Shown here: one piece after another, positions 9,570 to 19,365 of the stretch
Numbering within the stretch: the stretch's first letter is position 1
Layout of the letters: each line of letters starts with the position of its first letter
Assembly (NCBI GenBank): GCA_040901985.1
Contig: JBBDYC010000003.1
Span: 42,323-106,322, forward strand
From: Gemmatimonadaceae bacterium
GTDB lineage: Bacteria > Gemmatimonadota > Gemmatimonadetes > Gemmatimonadales > Gemmatimonadaceae
Reading direction: 5' to 3'
Length of the DNA stretch: 64,000 nucleotides
The notes under the pieces: generated by a model
What the model was told of the DNA's origin: nothing
What the model saw: the letters and a program-made list of their open reading frames with translations, nothing else
The model's database searches: none
Made by a program: the position numbers and the translations under genes

Positions 9570-10192
9570 GCCACGCTGTCGGCGAAGCGCCGCACGATGG
9601 ACGCGAGGAGCAGGTCCACCGCAATTGTGTTCTCGCCCCCCCGCGGGATGATCAGGTCGGCGTAGCGCTTGCTCGGCTCGACGAACTGCAGGTGCATTGG
9701 CTGCACCGTGTTGAGGTACTGGTCGAGGATTTCCTCGAGCGGCCGGCCGCGGACCGCCATATCCCGGCGGATCCGCCGGATCAGCCGGATGTCGGCGTCG
9801 GTCTCCACGAACACCTTGACGTCGCAGTGGTCGCGGATCCGCGCGTCCACCAGCAGCAGGATCCCGTCCACGACGATCACATCGGCCGGCTCGACCCGCT
9901 CCGGTGTCGGCGCGCGGAGGTGCGTCACGAAGTCGTAGACCGGCTTGTCAATCGGCCGGCCGGCGGCGAGTTCGCCGAGGTGGTCGGCGAGCAACTGGAG
10001 GTCGAAGGCGTCGGGGTGGTCCCAGTTGACCACGCGGCGCTCGGCGAGCGTGAGCTCCGGACGGTCGCGGTAATAGGCGTCCATATCAATGAACGCCACC
10101 CGCAGGCCGGGGAGCGACTCGGCGATCCGCTTGGCGACGGTGGACTTGCCGGAGCCGCTCCCGCCGGCGATGCCGATGATCAGCGGGCGCAT
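9566..10192 (-). CDS. udk: Uridine kinase
   Basis: From ATG 10192: IIGIAGGSGSGKST, DAYY, NWDHPDAFD, RRIRRD and QFVEPSKRYADLIIP. Confidence 0.94.
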   Translation of the reverse strand: MRPLIIGIAGGSGSGKSTVAKRIAESLPGLRVAFIDMDAYYRDRPELTLAERRVVNWDHPDAFDLQLLADHLGELAAGRPIDKPVYDFVTHLRAPTPERVEPADVIVVDGILLLVDARIRDHCDVKVFVETDADIRLIRRIRRDMAVRGRPLEEILDQYLNTVQPMHLQFVEPSKRYADLIIPRGGENTIAVDLLLASIVRRFADSVA

Positions 10193-10376
10193 CAGCGGTC
10201 GTCGGAGGGGGTGCGCACCCGTGAAATCTGCCCGACGGCGGCGTGGGCGTGAAGCATCGGGGCTGTCACGGTACTGTATCGGGCGGCTGGAGGGATGGCG
10301 AACGTTGGGGTGTGGCTCGCGGGGCGTCAACCGAATGGCCCTCCCGGTCGCCCCCGACGGGGCGGTATTCTTCCTG

Positions 10377-13300
10377 ATGGCCCAACGACTTGCCCCACTC
10401 GCGGTCGCCCTCCTTCTCGGGGCCGCGCTCGCGCCGCTTCCGGTTGCCGGCCAGGACCGGCTCGACCTCAAAATTGCCGCGACGACCGACGTCCACGGCC
10501 GGCTGCGCGCCTGGGACTACTCCACCGGGCGCCCCGACTCCCTCCGCGGCCTCACGCGCATCGCCACGATCGTGGATTCGCTCCGGAGCGCGGCCCGCGG
10601 TCGCGTGGTCCTGGTGGACGCCGGCGACCTGCTGCAGGGGAACGCGATGACCTACGTCGCCGGTCGCGTGGACTCGCTCGCCCCGAACCCGGTGATCGTC
10701 GCGATGAATGCCATGCGCTATGACGCCGCCGCGGTCGGGAACCACGAGTTCAACTACGGCGTGGACCAGCTCGACCGGGCGCTCTCGTCGGCTCGCTTCC
10801 CCTTTCTCGCCGCGAACACGCGCCGACTCGACGGCGGCACGCCGTTCGCCGGTCGCACGATGGTCGTTCGCTCGGGTGTCCGCATCGCCATCATCGGCGT
10901 CACGACGCCGGGCTCGATGGTCTGGGACCGCGACCACCTGCGCGGGCGCTTCATCGTGGACGACATCGTGGCCGCCGTCCCGCGCGAGGTCGCGGCGGCG
11001 CGCGCCGAGGGCGCCGACGTGGTGGTCGTCGTCGCCCACTCCGGCCTCGGCGAATTGACCTCGTACGACACGCTCGCCACCGGGCTGCCGAGCGAGAACG
11101 CGATGGCCCGTGTGGCGCGCGAGGTGCCCGGCATTGACGTGATGGTGATCGGCCACTCCCACCGACAGGTCACCGACAGCACGATCAACGGCGTCCTCGT
11201 GGTCCAACCGCGCAACTGGGCGACGAGCCTGGCCGTCGCGACGGTCTCGCTCGAGCGGCAGGGCGGCCGCTGGCGCGTGGCCGCCAAGCGCGGAGAGACC
11301 GTGCAGGCGCAGGGCTGGCCCGAGCATCGCGCCCTCGCGCGCGCGCTCGAGGGCCCGCATCGCGCGGCAATCCGCTACGCCACCACGGCCATAGGCACCA
11401 CCGCCGCCGACTGGCGCGCCGACTCGGCGCGCGTGACCGACACGCCGATCATTGACCTCATCCAGGACGTCCAGCGCCGGGTCTCTGGGGCCGAGCTCAG
11501 CATCGCCTCGGTCTTCTCGCCCAACGCGCGCTTCGAGCCGGGCGCAATCACGGTCGAGCGCGTGGTGGACCTCTACCCGTACGAGAACACGCTGCGCTCG
11601 CTGCGACTGAGCGGCGCGCAGATCCGTGCCTTTCTCGAGCAGAGCGCGCGCTACTGGGTGGTCGAACGGTCGGCCGACGGCGCGCTGCGCTTCGGGCCCG
11701 ACCGCACGATCCCCGGCTATAACTACGACCTCCTCGCCGGCCTCGACTACGTGATGGACCTCTCGCAGCCGATGGGGCGCCGCATCACCGTCCTCGCCAA
11801 GGGGGGCGTGCCGGTCGCCGACCACGACTCCTTCACCGTCGCCGTGAACAGCTATCGCGCGTCGGGCGGCGGCGGGTACGACATGCTGCGCGGCGCGCCG
11901 GTGATCTACCAGGGCACCGCGGAGATCCGCGAGCTGATCGTCGAGGAGATCCGGCGGCGCGGTACGATCTCTCCCGAGGACGTCTTCGTCCGGAACTGGA
12001 CGCTCCTGCCGCCCCGGCGGTCGCTGCGGGTCTTGGCGATCAACGACCTGCACGGTGGGCTCGAGAAGCGGCCCGACGGCACCGCCGGGAATCGCGGCGG
12101 CGCGGCCGAGCTCGCCGCGATGCTGCGCGACGCGGCAGCCGAGTGCGCGCCGGTCTGTACGCCGCTCGTGCTCCACGGTGGCGACCTCTTCCAGGGAACT
12201 CCCGCCTCCAACCTCGCCTACGGGTCGCCGGTCGTGGGGATCCTCCAACAGCTCGGCGTCGCGGCCGGCGCGCTCGGCAACCACGAGTTCGACTGGGGCC
12301 AGGACACGTTGCGCGCGCGGATGCGCCAGCTCGGCGCGCCGATCCTCGGCGCCAACGTCACCTACGCCGACGGGACCGACGTGCCCTGGATCCCCGACGA
12401 CACGCTGCTCGTCGTGGACGGCGTGAAGGTCGGCGTCATTGGGATCGCCGACCCGGCGACGCCACGGACGACGATGCCGACCCACGTCGCCGACCTGCGC
12501 TTCGTGGACCCGGCGCCGGTGGTGCGCCAGCGCGCCCCCGCGCTCCGCGCGCGGGGCGCCCAGCTGGTGATTGTCGTCGCGCATCTTGGCGGGTTCTGCG
12601 ACCGCGCGGCACCCGACGACTGCCGCGGCGAGATCTTCGCCGTCGCCCGCGCCCTCGACCCGGGGACGGTGGACGCGATCGTCAGCGGCCATACCCACTC
12701 CGAGGTGCGCGCCATCGTGAATGGGATCCCAATCGTCCAGGCCCGCTCCAGCGGCCGCGCGCTCGGCATCATTGACCTGCCGCTGACCAGCGGGCGCGCG
12801 GTGCCGCGCCCCGAGGTCCGGGCGGTGGTCAGCGACAGCGTCACGTCGGATCCCGCCGTCGCCGCGATCGTCGCGGCGGCCGTTGACGCCGTCGCCGACC
12901 GCACCGGCGCGCTCGTCGCCACCACCGACGTCCGTTGGCCACGCGACGGCGCGCAGTTTGCGCTCGGCAATCTGATTGCCGACGCGCAGCGCTCGGCGGG
13001 GCGGGGCGACGTCGGCGTGATGAACAACGGCGGCATCCGCGCCGAGCTCGGCGCCGGCGAGATCCGCTGGTGGTCGCTCTACGAGGTGCAACCGTTCGAG
13101 AACCGGCTGGTCGTCGTGACCGTGCGGGGCGACGCGCTCCGCCGCTACCTCGAAGGGATTGTCGGCGGCAACTCCATCCGCCATCACCTGAGCGGTGTCA
13201 CGGTGGACTACGATCCGTCTGCGCCGGCCGGCCGACGGATTGTGCGCGTGGTGATAGCCGACGGCGCGCGCCTCGACGACCGGCGCCGCTACCGTGTGGT

Positions 13301-13478
13301 GATGACCAACTTCCTCGCCGCCGGCGGGGACGGCGTCTCCCTCGCGGCCGACGCCCCGGTGGAGGAACTCGGGAGCCTCGACCTCGACGCGATGATCGCC
13401 TATCTCCGTGCCCTCCCCGGCGGGCGGCTGGTGATGACCGACGCACTGCGCGCGCCGCGCATCCGGGCGGCGCGATGA
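10377..13478 (+). CDS. Secreted tandem 2',3'-cyclic-nucleotide phosphodiesterase / 5'-nucleotidase (two metallophosphoesterase + 5'-nucleotidase C modules)
   Basis: Signal peptide. Module 1: TTDVHG, DAGDLLQG, GNHEFNYG, GHSH, YPYEN. Module 2: NDLHG, GGDLFQG, GNHEFDWG, GHTH, NNGGIRA, QPFEN. Confidence 0.9.
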   Translation: MAQRLAPLAVALLLGAALAPLPVAGQDRLDLKIAATTDVHGRLRAWDYSTGRPDSLRGLTRIATIVDSLRSAARGRVVLVDAGDLLQGNAMTYVAGRVDSLAPNPVIVAMNAMRYDAAAVGNHEFNYGVDQLDRALSSARFPFLAANTRRLDGGTPFAGRTMVVRSGVRIAIIGVTTPGSMVWDRDHLRGRFIVDDIVAAVPREVAAARAEGADVVVVVAHSGLGELTSYDTLATGLPSENAMARVAREVPGIDVMVIGHSHRQVTDSTINGVLVVQPRNWATSLAVATVSLERQGGRWRVAAKRGETVQAQGWPEHRALARALEGPHRAAIRYATTAIGTTAADWRADSARVTDTPIIDLIQDVQRRVSGAELSIASVFSPNARFEPGAITVERVVDLYPYENTLRSLRLSGAQIRAFLEQSARYWVVERSADGALRFGPDRTIPGYNYDLLAGLDYVMDLSQPMGRRITVLAKGGVPVADHDSFTVAVNSYRASGGGGYDMLRGAPVIYQGTAEIRELIVEEIRRRGTISPEDVFVRNWTLLPPRRSLRVLAINDLHGGLEKRPDGTAGNRGGAAELAAMLRDAAAECAPVCTPLVLHGGDLFQGTPASNLAYGSPVVGILQQLGVAAGALGNHEFDWGQDTLRARMRQLGAPILGANVTYADGTDVPWIPDDTLLVVDGVKVGVIGIADPATPRTTMPTHVADLRFVDPAPVVRQRAPALRARGAQLVIVVAHLGGFCDRAAPDDCRGEIFAVARALDPGTVDAIVSGHTHSEVRAIVNGIPIVQARSSGRALGIIDLPLTSGRAVPRPEVRAVVSDSVTSDPAVAAIVAAAVDAVADRTGALVATTDVRWPRDGAQFALGNLIADAQRSAGRGDVGVMNNGGIRAELGAGEIRWWSLYEVQPFENRLVVVTVRGDALRRYLEGIVGGNSIRHHLSGVTVDYDPSAPAGRRIVRVVIADGARLDDRRRYRVVMTNFLAAGGDGVSLAADAPVEELGSLDLDAMIAYLRALPGGRLVMTDALRAPRIRAAR

Positions 13479-13708
13479 CGGAGCCGCTGCGCGTCTTCGT
13501 GAACGGCGCCGGCGTGAGCGTGCCGGCCGGCAGCACGGTGCTCGAGGCCATCGCCGCCGCCGACCCGGACGCCGCCGCGGCCATTCGCGCTGGCAAGCGG
13601 CTGGTGGCCGACAGTCGCGGAATCCCGGTGGCGCCGGAGACGCCGCTCTCGGGCGGCTTCGTGATGCGCGTCATCGGCAATCGCGCCGGTCGCGAGGAAG
13701 TCCCGTAG
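13475..13708 (+). CDS. Small beta-grasp (ThiS/MoaD-like) hypothetical protein, 77 aa
   Basis: MTEPLRVFVNGAGVSVPAGSTVLEAIAA. ATGA overlap with the nucleotidase; stop abuts add. Confidence 0.65.
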   Translation: MTEPLRVFVNGAGVSVPAGSTVLEAIAAADPDAAAAIRAGKRLVADSRGIPVAPETPLSGGFVMRVIGNRAGREEVP

Positions 13709-14752
13709 GTGCCGATGATCACGAGCGACCTCCTCCGCCGGCTGCCGAAGGCCGAGCTCCACTGCCATCTCGACGGCTCGGTGCGCCCGGCGACGATGCT
13801 CGAGCTTGGCCGCGACCAGCGAGTCGGAATGCCCCACGACGACGCCGAGGCGCTCGGCGACCATATGCGCGTGGACGATGCGCACAACCTCGAGGAGTAC
13901 CTGGAGCGCTTCCGGGTCACGCTCAGCGTGATGCAGACCGCCGAGGCGATGGAACGGATTGCCTACGAACTCGCCGAGGACTGCGCCCGCGAGGGCGTGC
14001 GCTATCTCGAAACGCGCTTCGCGCCAATCCTGAATCTCGCGAAGGGCCTGACGATGGCCGAGGCGGTCGAGGCGCCGCTTCGCGGGCTCCGGCGCGCCGA
14101 ACGCGAATACGGCATCGTCGCGCGCGTCATCATCTGCGCAATCCGCAACCGGGCGCCGGAGGATTCGCTTGCCCTCGCGCGCCTCGCCGTGGATTTTCGC
14201 GCCGACGGGGTCGTCGGCTTCGACCTCGCCGGCGGCGAGGCGGGGCACCCGGCGTCGGACCACGCCGCTGCCTTTGACCACGCGCAGGCCCACGGCCTCC
14301 CCTGCACCTGCCACGCCGGTGAGGGCGCCGGCGCGGACTCGGTGGCCGAGGCGATGCACCGCTGCCACGCGCACCGGATCGGCCACGGCACGCGGCTGGA
14401 GGAGGACCCGGTGCTGCTCGGCGAGGCGCGCGACCGCGGCGTCGCAATCGAATGCTGCCTGACGAGCAATCTCCAGACGCACGCGGTGGAGTCGTACGAC
14501 ACGCATCCGCTCCGCCGCTACTTCGAGGCGGGCCTGCAGGTCTCCATCAACACGGACAACCGCCTGATGAGCGGGACCGACCTCGTGACCGAATACGGCC
14601 TGGCCGCGAAGCACCTCGGCTTCACGTTCGATGAGCTCAGCCAGGTGGCGCGTACCGGGTTCCGCAACGCCTTCCTGCCGCCGGTCGAGCGCGACGCGCT
14701 GATCGCGCGAGTGGACGGCGAGTTCAACGCCCTGCAACGGAGTGTCGGATGA
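13709..14752 (+). CDS. add: Adenosine deaminase
   Basis: PKAELHCHLDGS, GFDLAGGE, HAGE, RIGHG and INTDN. Start is GTG 13709 or ATG 13715. Confidence 0.93.
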   Translation: MPMITSDLLRRLPKAELHCHLDGSVRPATMLELGRDQRVGMPHDDAEALGDHMRVDDAHNLEEYLERFRVTLSVMQTAEAMERIAYELAEDCAREGVRYLETRFAPILNLAKGLTMAEAVEAPLRGLRRAEREYGIVARVIICAIRNRAPEDSLALARLAVDFRADGVVGFDLAGGEAGHPASDHAAAFDHAQAHGLPCTCHAGEGAGADSVAEAMHRCHAHRIGHGTRLEEDPVLLGEARDRGVAIECCLTSNLQTHAVESYDTHPLRRYFEAGLQVSINTDNRLMSGTDLVTEYGLAAKHLGFTFDELSQVARTGFRNAFLPPVERDALIARVDGEFNALQRSVG

Positions 14753-15585
14753 CCGCCACGCCCGCCCCCCACGGCGCCGCCGCCGCGGCGGTCGCCGCCG
14801 ACGCCGTGCGCGCGACGCTCGGCGTCCGCTCGCCCGCTGCCGCAATCATCCTCGGCTCGGGCCTCGGCGCCCTCGCCGAGAGCGTGACCGACGCCACCCG
14901 CGTGCCCTACCGCGAGATCCCCGGCTTCCACCAGCCGCTCGTCGAGGGCCACCGCGGCGAGCTCATCCGCGGCACGCTTGGCGGACGCGAGGTGCTCCTG
15001 CTCGCCGGTCGCTTCCATATGTACGAAGGCCACGGCGCCCACGCGGCGGCCTTTCCGGTCCGCCTGGTGCACGCGCTCGGCGCGCGCGTCCTCTTCGTGT
15101 CGAATGCCGCCGGGGGGATTTGTCGCGACTTCGAACCGGGGACGCTGATGGTGATCACCGACCACCTCAACCTGCAGTTCCGGAACCCCCTCATCGGACC
15201 CGTCGAGCCGGGCGATGTGCGCTTCCCCGACCTGAGCGCGCCCTACTCCCCACGGCTCCGACTGCTGCTCGAGGCGGCGGCGGGCGAGGCGAAGGTGAAA
15301 CTCGCGCAGGGCGTGTATGCCGGATTGCTCGGGCCGAACTACGAGACGCCGGCCGAGGTGCGGATGCTCGAGCGCCTCGGTGCCGACGCGGTCGGGATGT
15401 CCACTGTGCCGGAGGTGATAATGGCCGCCGCGCTCGGGATGGAGGTCGCTGGCGTCAGCTGCATCACCAATCCCGCCGCCGGTATCTCGCCCACCCCGCT
15501 CAGCCACGACGAGGTCATCGAGGTCGGGAAGCGCGCGTCAACGGCCTTCTGCGGACTGGTCGAGCGCTGGGTCGCGCGGCTCTGA
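14749..15585 (+). CDS. Purine nucleoside phosphorylase (trimeric type)
   Basis: ILGSGLG, GRFHMYEG, NAAGG, GPNYETPAE, GMSTVPE and SCITN. Confidence 0.93.
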   Translation: MTATPAPHGAAAAAVAADAVRATLGVRSPAAAIILGSGLGALAESVTDATRVPYREIPGFHQPLVEGHRGELIRGTLGGREVLLLAGRFHMYEGHGAHAAAFPVRLVHALGARVLFVSNAAGGICRDFEPGTLMVITDHLNLQFRNPLIGPVEPGDVRFPDLSAPYSPRLRLLLEAAAGEAKVKLAQGVYAGLLGPNYETPAEVRMLERLGADAVGMSTVPEVIMAAALGMEVAGVSCITNPAAGISPTPLSHDEVIEVGKRASTAFCGLVERWVARL

Positions 15586-15630
15586 CGGCCGCGCCGCCCG
15601 CGCCCGCCGCGCCCGCCGCCCCTCACCCAC

Positions 15631-16434
15631 TCAGCGCGAGGCCGGCGAGGGCGGCGGCGGCGGGAGCGCTGCCAACCGGCGCTTGAACGCCTGGAAGTTC
15701 GGCGAGTCCCGGGTGAGGCCCACCAGCGCCGAGGGCGGATACTTGGCGATCCGGGACCGCGCCGCGGCAATCCGCGACTCCTCCAGCGGGTGCGTCCGGA
15801 ACCAGGCCTCCAGCGCGTCGGGCTGCCGCGTCCGTTCGGCCAACAGGATCTCGAACATCTCGGGAATCCCGTTCGGGTCAATCCGCGACCGGACCAAATA
15901 GTCCACCCCCGCGGCATCGGCCTCGTCCTCGTCGGAGCGGCTGAAACTCGCCATCGCCGCGTTCGCGCCGAGCCCGACGACCGCCTGGCCGGTCTCGCTG
16001 CCGCAGATCGAGGTGAAGATGCAGATCCCGAGGATGCCGGCGTTGGCCCGCTGCGCCTGTTGCATCTGCTTCACCGAGTGCCGCATCACCACGTGGCCGA
16101 TCTCGTGCCCGAGCACGCCCGCGACCTGCGACAGGTTCTGGGCCCGCTCGATCAGGCCGCGATTGATATAGACGTACCCGCCCGGGACGGCGAACGCGTT
16201 CACGTCCTTGCTGTCCACGATGAAAAAGCTCCAGTCGCGGGCCCGCGTGTCGGCGATGCGGGCAATCGAGTCGCCGAGTACGTTGATGTACCGATTGAGC
16301 TCGGCATCGCGGACGAGCGGGATTTCCGCGTTGATCTGGGCGGAGAAGTCGGCGCCCATCTGGGCTTCCTGCTGGTGCGAGATGGCGCAACCGCTGACGA
16401 ATGCCGCGAGGGCGAGGACGGGGAATGCACGCAT
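15631..16434 (-). CDS. M48-family Zn metalloprotease lipoprotein
   Basis: From ATG 16434: lipobox VSGC, VNAFAVPGG, GHEIGH, E.EAD and THP. Confidence 0.88.
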   Translation of the reverse strand: MRAFPVLALAAFVSGCAISHQQEAQMGADFSAQINAEIPLVRDAELNRYINVLGDSIARIADTRARDWSFFIVDSKDVNAFAVPGGYVYINRGLIERAQNLSQVAGVLGHEIGHVVMRHSVKQMQQAQRANAGILGICIFTSICGSETGQAVVGLGANAAMASFSRSDEDEADAAGVDYLVRSRIDPNGIPEMFEILLAERTRQPDALEAWFRTHPLEESRIAAARSRIAKYPPSALVGLTRDSPNFQAFKRRLAALPPPPPSPASR

Positions 16435-16438
16435 GGGG

Positions 16439-17194
16439 ATGCTGACCGTGGCGAGGGACCTGGTGCGCCGCAAGGCGCGAGAACGGAGTGGGCTCTTCGT
16501 CGCTGAAGGGGTCCGGGCCGTCGAGGAACTGCTCGCCTCCCCGCTCCCGATCCGCGGCGTGCTCACTACCGACCTTCTTGATCGTACCCCGCGGGGGGCG
16601 GCCTTGCATAGTCGCCTGAAAGAGCGAGGCCTCGACCTCACCCATCTGAGTGAGGCCGAGTTCCTTACGGCGTGCGATACGGACCAGCCGCAGGGCGTCC
16701 TCGCCGTCGCCGAGGTGCCCGACCGGTCGCTTGACGGGCTGGAGCTTGCGCCGGCCGCCCGGCTCCTGGTGCTGGATGGAATCCAGGACCCCGGGAACGT
16801 CGGGACGTTGCTCCGGACCGCGGCTGCCCTCGGGGTCGCGGCCACCCTGGTCCTTCCCGGGACCGTGGATCCGTGGAACGCGAAGGTCGTGCGGAGCGCG
16901 GTCGGGATGCAGTTCACCCACCCGACCATCGCGTGCACAGAGGTGGCGCTCGCCGCCTTCCGCGGCGCGCAGCGGATCGCCCTCTGGGGGGCCGACACGG
17001 ACGGCACCGCCATTGACGCGCCGCCGGTGGGCCGCATCGCACTCGTAGTGGGGAACGAGGGCGCCGGGCTCAGCGCGACGGTGCGCGCGGCCTGCGACCG
17101 GATGGTCGGCGTGCCGATGGCCAAGGGCGCGGAGTCCTTGAATGTCGCGGTCGCCGCAGGCATCCTGCTCCACGCGCTCCGTCCCTCCACCTGA
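16439..17194 (+). CDS. TrmH/SpoU-family RNA methyltransferase
   Basis: FVAEG, DGIQDPGNVGTLLRTA, GNEGAGLS and ESLNVAVAAGI. Start is ATG 16439 (or 16433). Confidence 0.9.
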   Translation: MLTVARDLVRRKARERSGLFVAEGVRAVEELLASPLPIRGVLTTDLLDRTPRGAALHSRLKERGLDLTHLSEAEFLTACDTDQPQGVLAVAEVPDRSLDGLELAPAARLLVLDGIQDPGNVGTLLRTAAALGVAATLVLPGTVDPWNAKVVRSAVGMQFTHPTIACTEVALAAFRGAQRIALWGADTDGTAIDAPPVGRIALVVGNEGAGLSATVRAACDRMVGVPMAKGAESLNVAVAAGILLHALRPST

Positions 17195-17199
17195 CTGCG

Positions 17200-18033
17200 A
17201 TGGAACTCCTTCTCCTCTCGACCATCTGGGCGACGATCTTCCTGATTGGCGCGAGCCTCGGCTCGTTCCTCAACGTCTGCATCGCGCGCTGGCCGGCCGA
17301 GCAGTCGGTCGTCGCGCCGCGGTCGCGCTGCCCGCGCTGCGAGACGCCAATCGCCTGGCACGACAACATCCCGGTGCTTTCGTGGCTCCTCCTGCGCGGC
17401 CGGTGCCGCAGTTGCGCGCTCCCGATCAGCGTCCAGTATCCGCTGATCGAGCTCGCCGGCGCCGCCATCTGGGTGACGGCGTTCTGGTACTTCGACCTCT
17501 CGTTCACCGCCGTGCGAGTCGGCGTGGCGGCGACGATCCTGCTCGGCGTGGTGATGACGGACCTGCGGCACTACGTGATTCCCGACGGGTTCACGGTCAC
17601 CGGATTCCTCTTTGCGATGGCCGCCGCGCCGGTGGCGCTCTTCCTCGGCGATCTCGGCCCCTTTGCCGGCCCGCTCGACGCGCTCCTCGGGGCGTGCGCC
17701 GGCGCCGGCCTGATTGCGATCGTCGGCTGGCTCGGCGAGGTCGCGCTCGGCAAGGAGGCGATGGGGCAGGGCGACGTGACCCTGATGGCGATGATCGGGG
17801 CGATGGTCGGGCCGTGGCGCGGCTTTCTCACGGTCTTTGTCGCGGCGGCGCTCGGCGCGGCGGTCTTCCTGCTGGTCGTCGTGCCAATCGGGGCGTGGCG
17901 CGCCAAGCGCCGGGGCGAGGAGTTCGCGCTTCCCCTCGTGCCGTTCGGCGTCTTCCTTGCGCCGGCCGGGGTGGTGACCTTGCTTTGGGGAGACGCCCTG
18001 ATTGCGTGGTACATCGCCCAGCTCGTGCCCTGA
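17200..18033 (+). CDS. pilD: Prepilin peptidase (A24)
   Basis: GSFLNVCI, two CxxC pairs, NIPVLSW, TD..HYVIPD, MGQGD and PFGVFL. Confidence 0.9.
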   Translation: MELLLLSTIWATIFLIGASLGSFLNVCIARWPAEQSVVAPRSRCPRCETPIAWHDNIPVLSWLLLRGRCRSCALPISVQYPLIELAGAAIWVTAFWYFDLSFTAVRVGVAATILLGVVMTDLRHYVIPDGFTVTGFLFAMAAAPVALFLGDLGPFAGPLDALLGACAGAGLIAIVGWLGEVALGKEAMGQGDVTLMAMIGAMVGPWRGFLTVFVAAALGAAVFLLVVVPIGAWRAKRRGEEFALPLVPFGVFLAPAGVVTLLWGDALIAWYIAQLVP

Positions 18034-18087
18034 GCGGCGCGCGGTCGCCGACCTTCCGTCCTTCCTTCCCTCCCTCGTCCTGAGCCC

Positions 18088-19365
18088 ATGCGACGCTGGC
18101 TGCGCCGCCGGACCCTCTGGCCGTTCCTCGTGTCCGCGCTCGCCCTCGCCGCGTGCGGCGGCGACCGGACGGGCTACGAAGGCCCCTTCCGGGCCGAGGT
18201 GCGGCGCGCCATCCCGGCAATCGAGTCGTCCTTCGGCCGGCCCTTCAAGTCGCCGCCCCGCCTCGAGCTCCGGGACCGGGACCAAGTTCGGGAGTTTCTC
18301 GAGCAGCAGTTCAACGAGCAGCTGGCGCCGCTCGAGCTCGCCGGCATCGAGCGGGCGTACAAGCTCTTCGGCCTGCTCCCCGACTCGCTCGACCTGCGCC
18401 GTTTCCTCCTCGACCTCCTCACCGAACAGGTGGCGGGCTACTACGACCCGGCGACGAAGGTGCTCTACGTGGTCGAGGGTGCGGCGCCGGAGATCACGGG
18501 CATCACGATCAGTCACGAGCTCGTGCACGCGCTGCAGGACCAGTACTTCCCCCTCGACTCGGCGCGTGGGCTGAAGGGCGACAACGACCGCCAGGTGGCG
18601 ATGCAGGCGGTGATTGAGGGGCAGGCGGTCTACGAGCAGATGTCGAGCATGCTCGGCGGGGCGGACTTCGGGCTCCGGCTTCCCGGCGGCTGGGAACAGG
18701 TGCGCGAGATGATCCGCAGCGAGCAGGCCTCGATGCCGCTCTTCGCCAACGCGCCGATGCTGATCCAGGAGACCTTGCTCTTTCCGTATCTCAGCGGGGC
18801 CGAGTTTGCGCGGCAGTTCAAGCGGCTGCGGCCCGGCGAGATCCCCTTCTCGCCGATCGCCAGTTCCACGGAGCAGATCCTCAATCCGAACAAGTATCTC
18901 GACTCGATTCCCGACGTCCCGACCCGCGTGACCCTTCCCGCGCCGCGCGGCGGGACGCTGGTCCACGAGGACAACCTCGGCGAGTTCGAGACGCGACTCT
19001 TCCTGTACCACCACCTTGGCGACGTGTCGCTCGCCGCGCGCGGCGCGTCGGGATGGGACGGGGACCGCTATCAGGTGGTGGAGACGCGCGCCGGACCGGG
19101 GATTGCCTGGTTCACGGTCTGGGACTCGGCGGCGGATGCGGCCGAGTTCCGCGACCTGATGGAGCGGGCCGTGGAGCGCCGGTTCGGCGTGGCGCCGCGC
19201 ACCGGCGGCACCGGCGACGCGCGCCACTGGATGGCACGCGGCCGGCGGATCGCGCTGACGGCGGCGACGGTCGCCGGCCGCCCGGCCGTGGTCTTCGAGG
19301 ACGTGCCGGCCGCTGCCGCCGGCGGGATCATTGACCTGCGCCGGGTGACGCTGCGTGAGGACTGA
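18088..19365 (+). CDS. Lipoprotein, putative zincin metallopeptidase
   Basis: Lipobox LAAC; AGYYDP, SHELVHALQDQ (HExxH), IEGQA, FPY, STEQIL and GWDGD. Confidence 0.7.
   Translation: MRRWLRRRTLWPFLVSALALAACGGDRTGYEGPFRAEVRRAIPAIESSFGRPFKSPPRLELRDRDQVREFLEQQFNEQLAPLELAGIERAYKLFGLLPDSLDLRRFLLDLLTEQVAGYYDPATKVLYVVEGAAPEITGITISHELVHALQDQYFPLDSARGLKGDNDRQVAMQAVIEGQAVYEQMSSMLGGADFGLRLPGGWEQVREMIRSEQASMPLFANAPMLIQETLLFPYLSGAEFARQFKRLRPGEIPFSPIASSTEQILNPNKYLDSIPDVPTRVTLPAPRGGTLVHEDNLGEFETRLFLYHHLGDVSLAARGASGWDGDRYQVVETRAGPGIAWFTVWDSAADAAEFRDLMERAVERRFGVAPRTGGTGDARHWMARGRRIALTAATVAGRPAVVFEDVPAAAAGGIIDLRRVTLRED

Noticed and set aside
10193..10376. Pho box in the udk/nucleotidase intergenic region
   Set aside because: Only a single CTGTCAC half-site-like word (10263-10269) with no convincing 11-bp-spaced partner.
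10266..13187. Long antisense ORFs (also 36528..39545, 49063..51810, 31366..33483, 47246..49207)
   Set aside because: They mirror well-supported genes on the other strand, have no recognisable motifs, and are expected from stop-codon scarcity at high GC.
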